From: Octopus bimaculoides | Lineage: Eukaryota | Assembly: GCF_001194135.2 (NCBI RefSeq) | Contig: NC_068981.1 | Span: 16,644,091-16,686,952, forward strand | Direction: 5' to 3' | DNA length: 42,862 nucleotides | Shown: positions 1 through 9,262 of the stretch, piece after piece | Numbering within the stretch: the first letter of the stretch is position 1 | How the letters are laid out: every line of letters begins with the position of its first letter | The notes under the pieces: generated by a model | Told to the model about the DNA's origin: nothing | Database searches by the model: none | Seen by the model: only the letters and a program-made list of their open reading frames with translations | Translations under genes and position numbers: made by a program

Positions 1-321
1 TTGTTCAAAGAAACGTTGGCGTTTCTCATACCGGCGGATCCTCTGTGCTTTGGCAAGGATGTCTTGCTTTAGTTTTTCTTTTGCCTCAGGTAAGTCTTTT
101 TCTGTAATGCTATATTTGTACAGTATTTTTGCTTTCTTCTTGTTACTTAGTAGTGTTGATTGTTTACTAATTTCGTTGAGAATCGATAAATCTTTTCTCT
201 TTTTTTTAATTTTGTTCTGGATGTTATTTATCCACAAGGTCTGTTTGGGTGGTAGAACTCCTGTTCGGATGGGTTTGAGTGAGTATCCTGCTTCTTTTGT
301 GGCTGCAGTGGCTGCCGCATT
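1..321 (-). mobile_element. R4/Dong-clade non-LTR retrotransposon ORF fragment (region N-terminal to RT), 5'-truncated, runs off the window edge
   Basis: My translation of 321->1 is 107 codons without a stop: NAAATAATKEAGYSLKP...QTLWINNIQNKIKKKRKDLSILNEI...AKEKLKQDILAKAQRIRRYEKRQRFFEQ. The W..IqnKIK.lRKDlS.L and KLKQ.l.AKAQRlRRY motifs match the pre-RT region of R4-clade LINE ORFs as I recall it. The 5' junction is in an (AAT)n tract. Absent from the ORF track (no start codon). Confidence 0.75.
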
Positions 322-339
322 ATTGTTATTATTATAATA

Positions 340-825
340 AATGCCCGAATGCAGTACCAGGCAGTGGCTTTCAGGATTTCTGAGCTTAACTGATTGGAAG
401 TGTTATCATGTACATTGTTTTGTCTTGGTATAAAAGATGGGCCAAAATAAATATTCTGCTCAATACCACAGATTTACTTGACAGTTTTTTTTACTTACAC
501 CAGTTGAGCATGTCCCTTGGTGGCTAACGATATGTGTGGCTCTAATCATGAGCAGATGCAGTGGATGAGCACCATGGCCATGGAATTCTTTGGAGTTTGA
601 ATATTTCACCACTGGAAACATGGACGTTTCGTTCAACAGGCTTAGACAACCCTTATTCAGAGACCTTTTGAGCAGGATGGGCTACTCGGCTTGAAAAGAT
701 TCTAACCGTGTCCCACCTGCAAGGTTATACGTTATTTATCTTGATATGAAATCACCATGTCGTGCAGATATGGGTGTGAAGTATCTGCTCGGTGTATCCT
801 TATCAGGTAGGCAGTCAGAAGAAGA
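340..825. repeat. Non-coding interspersed repeat starting directly after a TAA tract (unclassified; possibly a LINE UTR or non-autonomous element)
   Basis: Begins taataa|atgcccgaatgcagtaccaggcagtggc...; no long ORF; higher GC than flanks. Resembles a high-copy octopus repeat as I recall it (unverified). Confidence 0.45.
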
Positions 826-840
826 CAATTTCGGTACGAG

Positions 841-1292
841 AGTACATGGGATGTAAGCCAAGTTTTTAGATTGGAATTGACAGTAATGTGACACGAACAC
901 CAGACTGAGGCAGTGATGTTGAATGATAATTACAGGATTTTATAAGATTTCTCCTTAAAGGCTGACCAGAATATTGAAACAAGGAGACCAATTACGATCA
1001 GAGAAAACAGAAAGAAACTGTGAAAAATCGATAATTCGAATTTTCTGTGATAGTAGAGTGGGTATGAAAGAAATACAAAATTGAGAAATATCAGAATTTA
1101 GCCAACGAGATTAAGAGATTGCAGAACACAACTGTGACAATTATTCCTATACTAATAGGTATACATGGCAGAACACCCAAATTGCAACCTAAGGAAGTGA
1201 AGAATATTGGAATTCAGACCCGCATTGTTAACTTATAGAAAAGTGCTATCATGTATTCTGAAAGATTTCAAAGAAAGTTTCTTGAGATTTGA
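841..1292 (+). mobile_element. Degenerate R4/Dong-clade LINE C-terminus (restriction-like endonuclease), with frameshifts and stops
   Basis: Pieced translation gives ...EHQTEAVMLNDNYRIL*DFSLKADQNIETRRP...KIEKYQNLANEIKRLQNTTVTIIPILIG...NL*KSAIMYSERFQRKFLEI*. This matches the RLE pattern WYEH.P..V.EN....ILWDF.I.TD..I..RRPD....K.EKY..L..EI..LW......IP.VIG..G. Confidence 0.75.
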
Positions 1293-1414
1293 GGAGACGT
1301 GTCACCTAATATTATGGCAGCATCGCTGCAATCCAATATATCATGTAATAGATTTAATAATGGTATTTTAAATTCTGACACAATGTCAGTAATTTTAGAG
1401 AAAGAGAGAGAGAA

Positions 1415-1584
1415 AGGTGGGGGTTAGTCGAATACTTCAACACCTGTAATTAACTGGTACTTTACTTTATCGACACCGAAAGAAAGGATGAAAGACAGAA
1501 TTTGAACTCAGAAAGAAAACATTCAAAAGAATGGCCGCTGAGCATTTTGTCCGATGCACTAACGATTCTACCGAACGACGCCTT
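1415..1584 (-). mobile_element. tRNA-derived SINE family A, degenerate
   Basis: actggtactttactttatcgacaccgaaagaaaggatgaaag...tttgaactcagaa...gccgctgagcattttgtccgatgcactaacgattctacc aligns with the better-preserved copy at 38252-38464. Confidence 0.6.
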
Positions 1585-1690
1585 AGTAATAAAGATAATT
1601 ACTTCGAATTTTGATACAAGGCCAATAATTGCGGTGGATGAACGTAAAGACGCGCTAATGATTCTGCTCGTCATCATCTCAATAATAGTC

Positions 1691-1696
1691 ATAATG

Positions 1697-1777
<81 letters not shown>

Positions 1778-1798
1778 GTAATAGTAATAATAATAATA
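1691..1798 (+). repeat. (TAA)n microsatellite, 5' flank of LINE insertion
   Basis: About 35 TAA units with a few TAG/TGA variants. Confidence 0.95.
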
Positions 1799-2369
1799 GT
1801 GCTTGAAAATGATCACATCTCACTCCTCTGGAACTTCACCATTCAAACTGACAGAAAGGTAGAAGCAAATAGGCCAGACATTATATTGAAAGACAAAAAT
1901 CATGCCTCCTCATTAATATGACTGTCCCAATTGATATAACCGTATATGTCAAGACCTACCAAAACCTGAGCAAGTATAAAGATCTTGAAATAGAAATTAG
2001 CAAACTGTGGAACCTGAAGACTAAAACAATACCTGAAGTCATAGGTGCCCTGGGAATGATAGCAAAAGGTGCTGATTGCTACCAAGTTCGGATACCAGAA
2101 AACTCAAAAATGGCAGAAAATCAAACGATAGTGTTCATGGGAGCTGCCTATATCCTACGCAAAATACCTTTTATGTAATCTCAAATTTTAAAACAAACGC
2201 TATTTTCTTAAGGTTTTTTAAACATTCTCTAAAATATTACTATGTACAAAACCAAATATATGGCACCCTGTGTATAACAGCAGCATGAACTTCTAACTTG
2301 TTGTCTCTTGAGGTCTCTGGGTAAGACTTGGAGCCAACTTGTACAAATGCAAAGCAAAAGTCAAACAAA
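1799..2369 (+). mobile_element. 5'-truncated R4/Dong-clade LINE: RLE endonuclease remnant plus 3' UTR, inserted in (TAA)n
   Basis: VLENDHISLLWNFTIQTDRKVEANRPDIILKDK, then a frameshift to MTVPIDITVYVKTYQNLSKYKDLEIEISKLWNLKTKTIPEVIGALGMIAKG...GAAYILRKIPFM* (stop 2176-2178). About 190 bp of 3' UTR follows, then (TAA)n. TAA tracts lie on both sides. Confidence 0.9.
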
Positions 2370-2370
2370 C

Positions 2371-2403
<33 letters not shown>

Positions 2404-2410
2404 TAATAAT
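2371..2410 (+). repeat. (TAA)n tail/target tract of the LINE
   Basis: taataataat... immediately after the LINE 3' end (caaacaaac). Confidence 0.9.
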
Positions 2411-2540
2411 CAAGACGAAGAGAGGGATTCCATTGTATAGATATTTTATTCGTTGAACAATATTTCGACAGTACGAATCGCGCTCTTCGCCTTGACTATT
2501 TACCTTCGTGAAGGGTTACGTCAATCATTTTTAAAAATAT

Positions 2541-2618
<78 letters not shown>

Positions 2619-2676
2619 AAGAAGATTTGGAGTAGACCTGTACATAGACAAAGCAAATGCCAAACAAATAATAATG

Positions 2677-2763
<87 letters not shown>

Positions 2764-2765
2764 AT
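2541..2765 (+). repeat. Compound microsatellite (TAA)n-(GAA)n-[45-bp insert]-(TAA)n-(TAG)n
   Basis: Directly visible trinucleotide runs. Confidence 0.95.
2624..2668 (+). mobile_element. Ultra-short 3' stub of the R4/Dong-like LINE
   Basis: gatttggagtagacctgtacatagacaaagcaaatgccaaacaaa(taa)n aligns with the LINE terminus at 2325-2369, gacttggagccaacttgtacaaatgcaaagcaaaagtcaaacaaac(taa)n. Confidence 0.7.
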
Positions 2766-3000
2766 TTTATTATCCCACAGGTGCATAGATGGGGAAATAT
2801 CATAAGGACACGCAATAATGTGTATGGGGATTTACATAAATGTTGAGAAGAAAGAAACAGAAATAAAAATAATTCTTCCTACTACAGGCATTAGGGCTGA
2901 AAATTGGGGGATTACATCCACTTCTGTCTTCATGTGGTGCTGAATTTATCGACGTTGAATAGATAAAAAGCTGTTTTCCTCCGCGGAATTAAAACCTCTA
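2765..3000 (-). mobile_element. Highly degenerate SINE family A remnant(s)
   Basis: tcctactacaggcattagggctgaaaattgggggattacatcc...tttatcgacg...ccgcggaatt follows the family-A motif order. Confidence 0.4.
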
Positions 3001-3509
3001 TTTGCCACAACGGCGTCCGTCAAAGTTAGGGTTCGAATTTCTGTAAGTGGGATTTACACAAAACCGAGTAATAATAATAATAATAATCATAATAATAATA
3101 ATAATTTTCTAGATCATGCGAGCGCCTTTCAAAACTCAAGAAAGCAGTCGAATATTATTTGGTGTTTTCAGAATCAGGGAAAACATATAAAGTTTTTAAT
3201 TCCTACCCCAACAATAACAACAGAAATAAAATTGGAAGTGAATTCTGTATTCAGAACTAATGGCTACACATTTGTTGAGAGAATAAAACGAGAATGAGTC
3301 GTTAATGCCTTTCATGAACAGTAATGATAATTGGAATAATAAAATATGATGAAATGTGTCAACACTTTATAGGTTTGAGATAAAATATAAAATATGACAA
3401 ACAGAATAAGTTTGACATACGAATCAATAAGTCTACTTCTATAATTTCATAGCATTTCACTAAATTTCTATTTCTATTTTCCTCTCTCAATAAATTCCTA
3501 TAAATATTA

Positions 3510-3740
3510 TTGCTGCTGCGACTGCTGCTGCTGTTAATGCTGTTTGTGTTGTTCCTGTTTTGTTTGTCGTTGTTGTTGTTGTTATTATTTGTGTTGATGT
3601 TTGTGCTGTTTGTTTACTGATTGTGTTCTTGTTTGTGTCCTCGTTCGCCGATTGTATTGTTGTTAGTTTTTGTTAGCATGTTTGTTTTGACGTTGGAGTC
3701 GTTCATTGAGTTGCTGTTTGTCTTCTCGCTTGCGTTGATG
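3510..3740 (+). repeat. Degenerate (GCT)n/(GTT)n low-complexity tract
   Basis: tgctgctgc...gttgttgttgttgtt and many ttgt variants. Confidence 0.7.
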
Positions 3741-3762
3741 TTTGCGTTAATGATATGCCCAC

Positions 3763-3920
3763 GGGCATATTGCGTAGTGGTTAAGAGCGCGGGCTACTAA
3801 CCCCAAGATTTCTAGTTCGATTTCAAGCAGTGACCAGAACACTAATAATAATAATAACAACAACAACAACAACAACAACAATAATAATAATGATAATAAT
3901 AATAATAATAATAATAATAA
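3763..3920 (+). mobile_element. Short tRNA-head retroposon (~80-bp head plus TAA/CAA tail)
   Basis: gggcatattgcgtagtggttaagagcgcgggctactaaccccaagatttctagttcgatttc has a box A-like TGCGTAGTGG, an anticodon-loop-like CT-ACT-AA and a box B-like AGTTCGATTT. It is followed directly by (taa)(caa)(taa)n. The acceptor stem does not pair, so this is not a functional tRNA. Confidence 0.7.
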
Positions 3921-3967
3921 TGCCCGGATGTTATGACAACAGTCTGTTTGTGTAGTAAGCTCGCGGA

Positions 3968-4195
3968 TTATGAGTCGTCTGTTTGCGGTAATCCGTTTGT
4001 CCATCCGCTGATTGTTTCCAACTTCGTGGGATTTTTTAAAGCTGATTTTCCCTTCTTTAAAACATTCAACCATTTGTGCAAAATGTCCTTGTCAGCAGCC
4101 TCCATAAACAACTTATAGCTTTCTATGGATGTCGGACAGCTTGCAGTTCTCCTTCGTCGAGAATTCAGTGACATTAGGTTGCTTCTGCTTCGATC
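3968..4195 (-). CDS. Alternative candidate terminal exon with a PH-domain-like C-terminal motif (unverified)
   Basis: After TAG at 4198-4196 the frame reads DRSRSNLMSLNSRRRRTASCPTSIESYKLFMEAADKDILHKWLNVLKKGK...DDS*. LFMEAADKDILHKWLNVL resembles the PH beta7/alpha-helix pattern (f.A.s.ee...W...l). The acceptor is weak and no partner exons were found. Confidence 0.15.
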   Translation of the reverse strand, partial: DRSRSNLMSLNSRRRRTASCPTSIESYKLFMEAADKDILHKWLNVLKKGKSALKNPTKLETISGWTNGLPQTDDS

Positions 4196-4246
4196 CTATT
4201 ATGTGCTTCAGAAGAGGGATTATAGCGGAAGCAATACTTTATCAAC

Positions 4247-4460
4247 ATGCACAACTGGATCGATTTGTGCTATTTATTAAACAACGTCATGTTTGCATCT
4301 GCATTATTTTTGAATAATTACCGTTTTAGTAACACAACTGAGAACAACAGGCAGCTTCCTTACAAACATCGTGTTAGAAGTATTGACTCTGCTTATAACT
4401 TTAATGCTCTTGGACAATGCATAGTGCCACAATTTCTCATGCACACTAAGTGTAGTTCAG
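4247..4460 (+). CDS. Candidate first coding exon of a secreted/membrane protein (unverified)
   Basis: tcaacATG start context. MHNWIDLCYLLNNVMFASA-LFLNNYRFSNTTENNRQLPYKHRVRSIDSAYNFNALGQCIVPQFLMHTKCSS(G) has a weak signal-like N-terminus ending in ASA, an NTT sequon, a basic HRVRS and two Cys. It ends at a consensus donor CAG|GTGAGT (4460/4461, phase 1). No downstream exon was identified. Confidence 0.3.
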
Positions 4461-4810
4461 GTGAGTAGTAAAAAGACCGTTCATTTGGTATGAAAATGAA
4501 AATATCGTGAGGTTGCTAGCGAACAACATAAAAGTGTAGCTCTTTATGGAATCATTTACACACCTCTTTCCTCTTTTAACCTATCCTCATATGGCTGTAC
4601 ACTGTTTATAGGCTTTTGGTTCCATTATATATTAAAGGTGGCCTTTGAGAAAATAAAAGAATACATAGAAGTAATTATAACCACGTTAAACACACTCGCA
4701 CACACATAAATATATGATATATATGCACACATATTCATATACTTGAGTTATAATTTCAATTAGAGATTAACGACCACATAACATGGCGTAGTTGAATGGT
4801 CAAGAATCTA

Positions 4811-4946
4811 AATTATTTCCTACTCTAGGCACAAGGCCCGAAACTTTTAGGGAGGGGGTGCAGTCGATTAGATCGACTCAGTACGCAATTGGTACTTAAT
4901 TTATCGACCCCGAAAGGATGAAAGGCAAAGTCGACCTCGGAGGAAT
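4811..4946 (-). mobile_element. tRNA-derived SINE family A, 5'-truncated
   Basis: ttcctactctaggcacaaggcccgaaa...gtcgattagatcgactcagtacgcaattggtacttaatttatcgaccccgaaaggatgaaaggcaaagtcgacctcgg. Confidence 0.85.
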
Positions 4947-5854
4947 ATGGAATAGAGAGTAACATGATATAATCAATAAAGAACATATAAATACAAAGAA
5001 ACAAAGAAACAGTTTAGACGTTTTGAGAATTTCTAATTGTAGAATAGGGTTTAAACAACTGTAGTTTAAGTCCATTTACTTATAAATGGAATATAAGACT
5101 ACGTTAAATGTAAATCGAAAAATTCATTGCTATGTTTAACCTTTAAGTTTTAATATGTAACCGGGAAGTTAAATGCACTGAATTAATCCTGTAACTCGCA
5201 GTGAAATATTTATTCGAAAAGGTAACTTTAAAAATAACAATCAGAAACAGAGTGACATTTGATATTTATCACATATTAAAGAATTTTTCAATAATAATCT
5301 AAACATTTCATGATATAACACAAGCGGACAGAAATAATGCAGAAATAATTCCAATGAAGCACCACGAATGGCAGTAGATTACAAAGGATAACAAGATATA
5401 TTGTTTAAAATATTGAGTAAAGATATTTGAATATAAAAGTATTAAAAAAAGGTTAAGTGCTTTACGAGAAGAAAAGAAAACCAAACCTTTACCGATAGCA
5501 TCAGCAACAGTTAATAATAATGGAAATTAGAATTTCTTAGATAAACAACAGTCATGAGAGAAAATACAAAATAAATGTTTTAAGAAATAAAATTTATGCC
5601 ACTTCATGGCATTCTTTGATAGTAAGTGATAGCAACATAAACTGACAAGATATCTCTTAACTCTACGAAATTAATGAGTATTCTAATGATGCACAAGAGA
5701 ACAGACGAAATATGAAACAAACATAACTGACAAAAATAATCTAATTAGTAGAGTAACGCATGTAATAACATAAGAAGCCGTCATTAACATCAATGAATAC
5801 TCAATATAGTGAAACATCAAATATAGTCAACCAGCCAGCACTGAATGAATAAAG

Positions 5855-6170
5855 ATTTCTAACGTTGGTACAAGGCCAGAAAATGGTTTTAGAAGGCTCC
5901 GAAACGATGCAATCCACTCCAGTATTCAACTGGTATTTACTTTATAGAAACCGAAAGAAATGAATGTGAAGATCTCTCCAGGTGAAATTGTAACTCACAA
6001 ACAGCAGGAATCAAATAAAATTGATTTCAAATTTTGGCACAAGGGCAGCAAATCCGGGAGTGGGGGATTAGTCGATTACATCGACCCCCAATGTCCAATT
6101 GGAACTTATTTTATCGACCCCGAATTGATGAAAGCCTCGGCTAAATTTGAACTCAGAACATAAAGAGGGA
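5855..6170 (-). mobile_element. Two adjacent degenerate SINE family A fragments
   Basis: ggtacaaggccagaaa...actggtatttactttat (5865-6000), and ggcacaagggcagcaa...gtcgattacatcgacccc...tttatcgaccccg...tttgaactcagaac (6035-6160). Confidence 0.65.
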
Positions 6171-7479
6171 CGAGGGAAGCAAATAAATTTTGTAAGCTAT
6201 TTTGTTCGTTGTGTTTCTTTCCCTACATTTTGTGAACATTAAAGAAATAAAACATTTTATCCAACATTTGAAACAGAAAACTAATAATAATATACTCTCA
6301 CTCGATTTCTTAAGCTTATTTCATCTGTAGTAGAACTGCGACTATATTACATACAAAATATATAATTTTCAAATTTCTAGCATATGTAGGAGATCAAAAA
6401 ATTCAGGGGAAGTTATTCGAACCCAGCAATTATTGACAGCTATTTGAAACTTGAAAATATAGACATTTGCAAAAACCAGAGGGCACTGTACTGACTAAAT
6501 AAAATAGATATTGCGGAAATTATTAAAGAATATTTCAAAAAGGATATATGAAAGAAAACGATATCAATGAGTAACAGATGAAATATTTAACATGTTAGAT
6601 GGTCTATTTAAAAAAAAATAATAATAGAAAATTTGAGCGACAGCGAAAACGGTATTTGAAATACAAGTTTGGAAAATGACCAAAACACTTGGCGCAAAAA
6701 TGTGTTTGATATCATAGGCACTTTATATAGATAAAAACCTAAAAAATAGAAAAACATATAAGGAAAAATGTAGTCGAAATACATATATTTTCAAAAATAG
6801 CGATAACTTTTTATCTGTTAATTACTCGAGGAAAAGTAATTTTTCGGAGCCTCTGAGTCTAATAGAAAAATGTAGGCTATCATCAAGCTAGATACTTGAT
6901 ACGAACTCTGCAGCAAAGTTACCAAATTACATTGTCGTAGTGTTAAACAGGGTGATGCGTTAACTCTTCCATATAAAGCAAGTACATATACAGAGTATAT
7001 GTACGCATGTTTAGTGTTGTGCACTGGTAAAGAGACGTTATGGAGTAATCGACGCAGTTTCACTGAGAAAACCAGTTTTTAAACTCTTTTTATTAAGAGT
7101 TAAGTCACGTTGTTTTTCTTCTCTATTCTATATTTACAGCAATGGACTCTTTTTCTTTTCATTTAGTGACTCTATATTATTCTCATATAAAACCACTTAA
7201 TGCATTTATACGTAACTCTGCTCCTCTACTCACCTTTTGACTTACGAATTAAATACTTTTACAGTTTTTCTTTTGTAGCGCGACATCTATATAGAATTCT
7301 GCCATCATCCGTGAACTTCATCGTCTAACATTCAACACTTCAAACACAACATTAATCGGAATAACCTTACTCTTCTTACTTGCTTGTTTCTATCCTTTAA
7401 TCTTAATCTTGGTGTGTGGTGGAGTTCTAGACATATAAAGCTGCGATTAGCTAATAAAAACAAATCAAATAACATTAAG

Positions 7480-7650
7480 AGAAACGCCATCTTATTTCAC
7501 ATGACACACTCACACAAGCAATCCCACATGCGTATGTATCTATGTCTGTGTGATTATGTAGAATATGTATGTGTATATGCATACAAATACATACATACAT
7601 GCATGTATATAAATATACATACATGCATGCATATGTATATAAACACACAC

Positions 7651-7702
<52 letters not shown>

Positions 7703-7960
7703 CGTTTGGGGATTTGGTTTGCAACACGGATAGGTACTTAGGTTATATGAACAGACAAGCACACATACGCACACAAATGAAAACTGAAACACATGACCAT
7801 ATATACACACACTTTAGTTCACACAAGGACGCACATGGAGATAGACGTCCACACCTCCATAGAGATGTACATACATACATACATGCATACATACATACAT
7901 GCATACATACATGTGTATGCACACACATTAACCCACGCGCATGCGCACAAACACTCAAAC
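7480..7960 (+). repeat. Mixed (CA)/(TA)/(TACA) low-complexity region
   Basis: Pure (TA)n at ~7652-7700 and degenerate catacatacat runs. Confidence 0.85.
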
Positions 7961-8126
7961 AAAAAGGAACGCAGTGTGAGTAACGGACAGAGTCAAGACG
8001 ATTGAAAAGGTTGCTAGACGCAACGAAAATTTTAGAAAAATAAAAAAGAAATGAGTAGAAATGTTACGGGTGAGTGTGTTAAATCATAAGGCAGTAAAAG
8101 AGAATGACTCTCCGCAGACGCAACAG

Positions 8127-8205
<79 letters not shown>

Positions 8206-9023
8206 NNNNNNNNNNNNNNNNNNNNNNNNNNNNNNNNNNNNNNNNNNNNNNNNNNNNNNNNNNNNNNNNNNNNNNNNNNNNNNNNNNNNNNNNNNNNNNN
8301 NNNNNNNNNNNNNNNNNNNNNNNNNNNNNNNNNNNNNNNNNNNNNNNNNNNNNNNNNNNNNNNNNNNNNNNNNNNNNNNNNNNNNNNNNNNNNNNNNNNN
8401 NNNNNNNNNNNNNNNNNNNNNNNNNNNNNNNNNNNNNNNNNNNNNNNNNNNNNNNNNNNNNNNNNNNNNNNNNNNNNNNNNNNNNNNNNNNNNNNNNNNN
8501 NNNNNNNNNNNNNNNNNNNNNNNNNNNNNNNNNNNNNNNNNNNNNNNNNNNNNNNNNNNNNNNNNNNNNNNNNNNNNNNNNNNNNNNNNNNNNNNNNNNN
8601 NNNNNNNNNNNNNNNNNNNNNNNNNNNNNNNNNNNNNNNNNNNNNNNNNNNNNNNNNNNNNNNNNNNNNNNNNNNNNNNNNNNNNNNNNNNNNNNNNNNN
8701 NNNNNNNNNNNNNNNNNNNNNNNNNNNNNNNNNNNNNNNNNNNNNNNNNNNNNNNNNNNNNNNNNNNNNNNNNNNNNNNNNNNNNNNNNNNNNNNNNNNN
8801 NNNNNNNNNNNNNNNNNNNNNNNNNNNNNNNNNNNNNNNNNNNNNNNNNNNNNNNNNNNNNNNNNNNNNNNNNNNNNNNNNNNNNNNNNNNNNNNNNNNN
8901 NNNNNNNNNNNNNNNNNNNNNNNNNNNNNNNNNNNNNNNNNNNNNNNNNNNNNNNNNNNNNTTCTTCTTCTTCTTCTTCTTCTTCTTCTTCTTCTTCTTC
9001 TTCTTCTTCTTCTTCTTCTTCTT
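8127..9023 (+). repeat. (TA)n(TG)n, assembly gap 8206-8960, then (TTC)n
   Basis: Microsatellites flank 755 N. Confidence 0.95.
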
Positions 9024-9150
9024 CTATCTCCTTGGTTGAAAAACAGCCTAGTCTCTACCTGAACCAGGATTGGTGCCGCCAGATTCAAGATGTCCACGAT
9101 ACACTACATATCACAACCATTTCTATGCCATTCCATGTGGATTTGAGGGC
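8961..9150 (-). mobile_element. Possible RTE-type LINE 3' end with (GAA)n tail
   Basis: The minus strand reads TLALKSTWNGIEMVVICSVSWTS*, loosely like RTE C-termini (LgL.tW.eaE..A.dR..W), then ~65 bp and a (GAA)n tail. The similarity is weak. Confidence 0.3.
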
Positions 9151-9205
9151 CAATGTGGTCTATGTATGTCTGCATGTGTGTGGGTATATATGTATGTATG
9201 TATGT

Positions 9206-9206
<1 letters not shown>

Positions 9207-9262
<56 letters not shown>
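9207..9262 (+). repeat. (GATA)n tetranucleotide microsatellite
   Basis: tagatagataga... run. Confidence 0.95.

Noticed and set aside
1502-1921. 139-aa ORF with poly-Ile resembling a membrane protein
   Set aside because: The poly-Ile is the (TAA)n tract read in frame into the LINE endonuclease remnant.
2411-2494. 12-bp inverted repeat caagacgaagag/ctcttcgccttg with a GAAGA...CGAAA motif as a second hammerhead
   Set aside because: The core reads GGCGAAGA rather than CUGANGA and no stems can be built; probably a decayed repeat end.
3763-3838. Functional tRNA gene (ACT anticodon)
   Set aside because: The acceptor and anticodon stems pair poorly, box B is degenerate, there is a TAA tail and no T-run terminator; better explained as a retroposon.
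7139-7440. Splice-like signals (plus-strand acceptor tttacag at 7139; minus-strand 61-nt mini-exon FICLELHHTPRLRLKDRNKQ)
   Set aside because: AT-rich sequence with no recognisable peptide; such signals are expected by chance.
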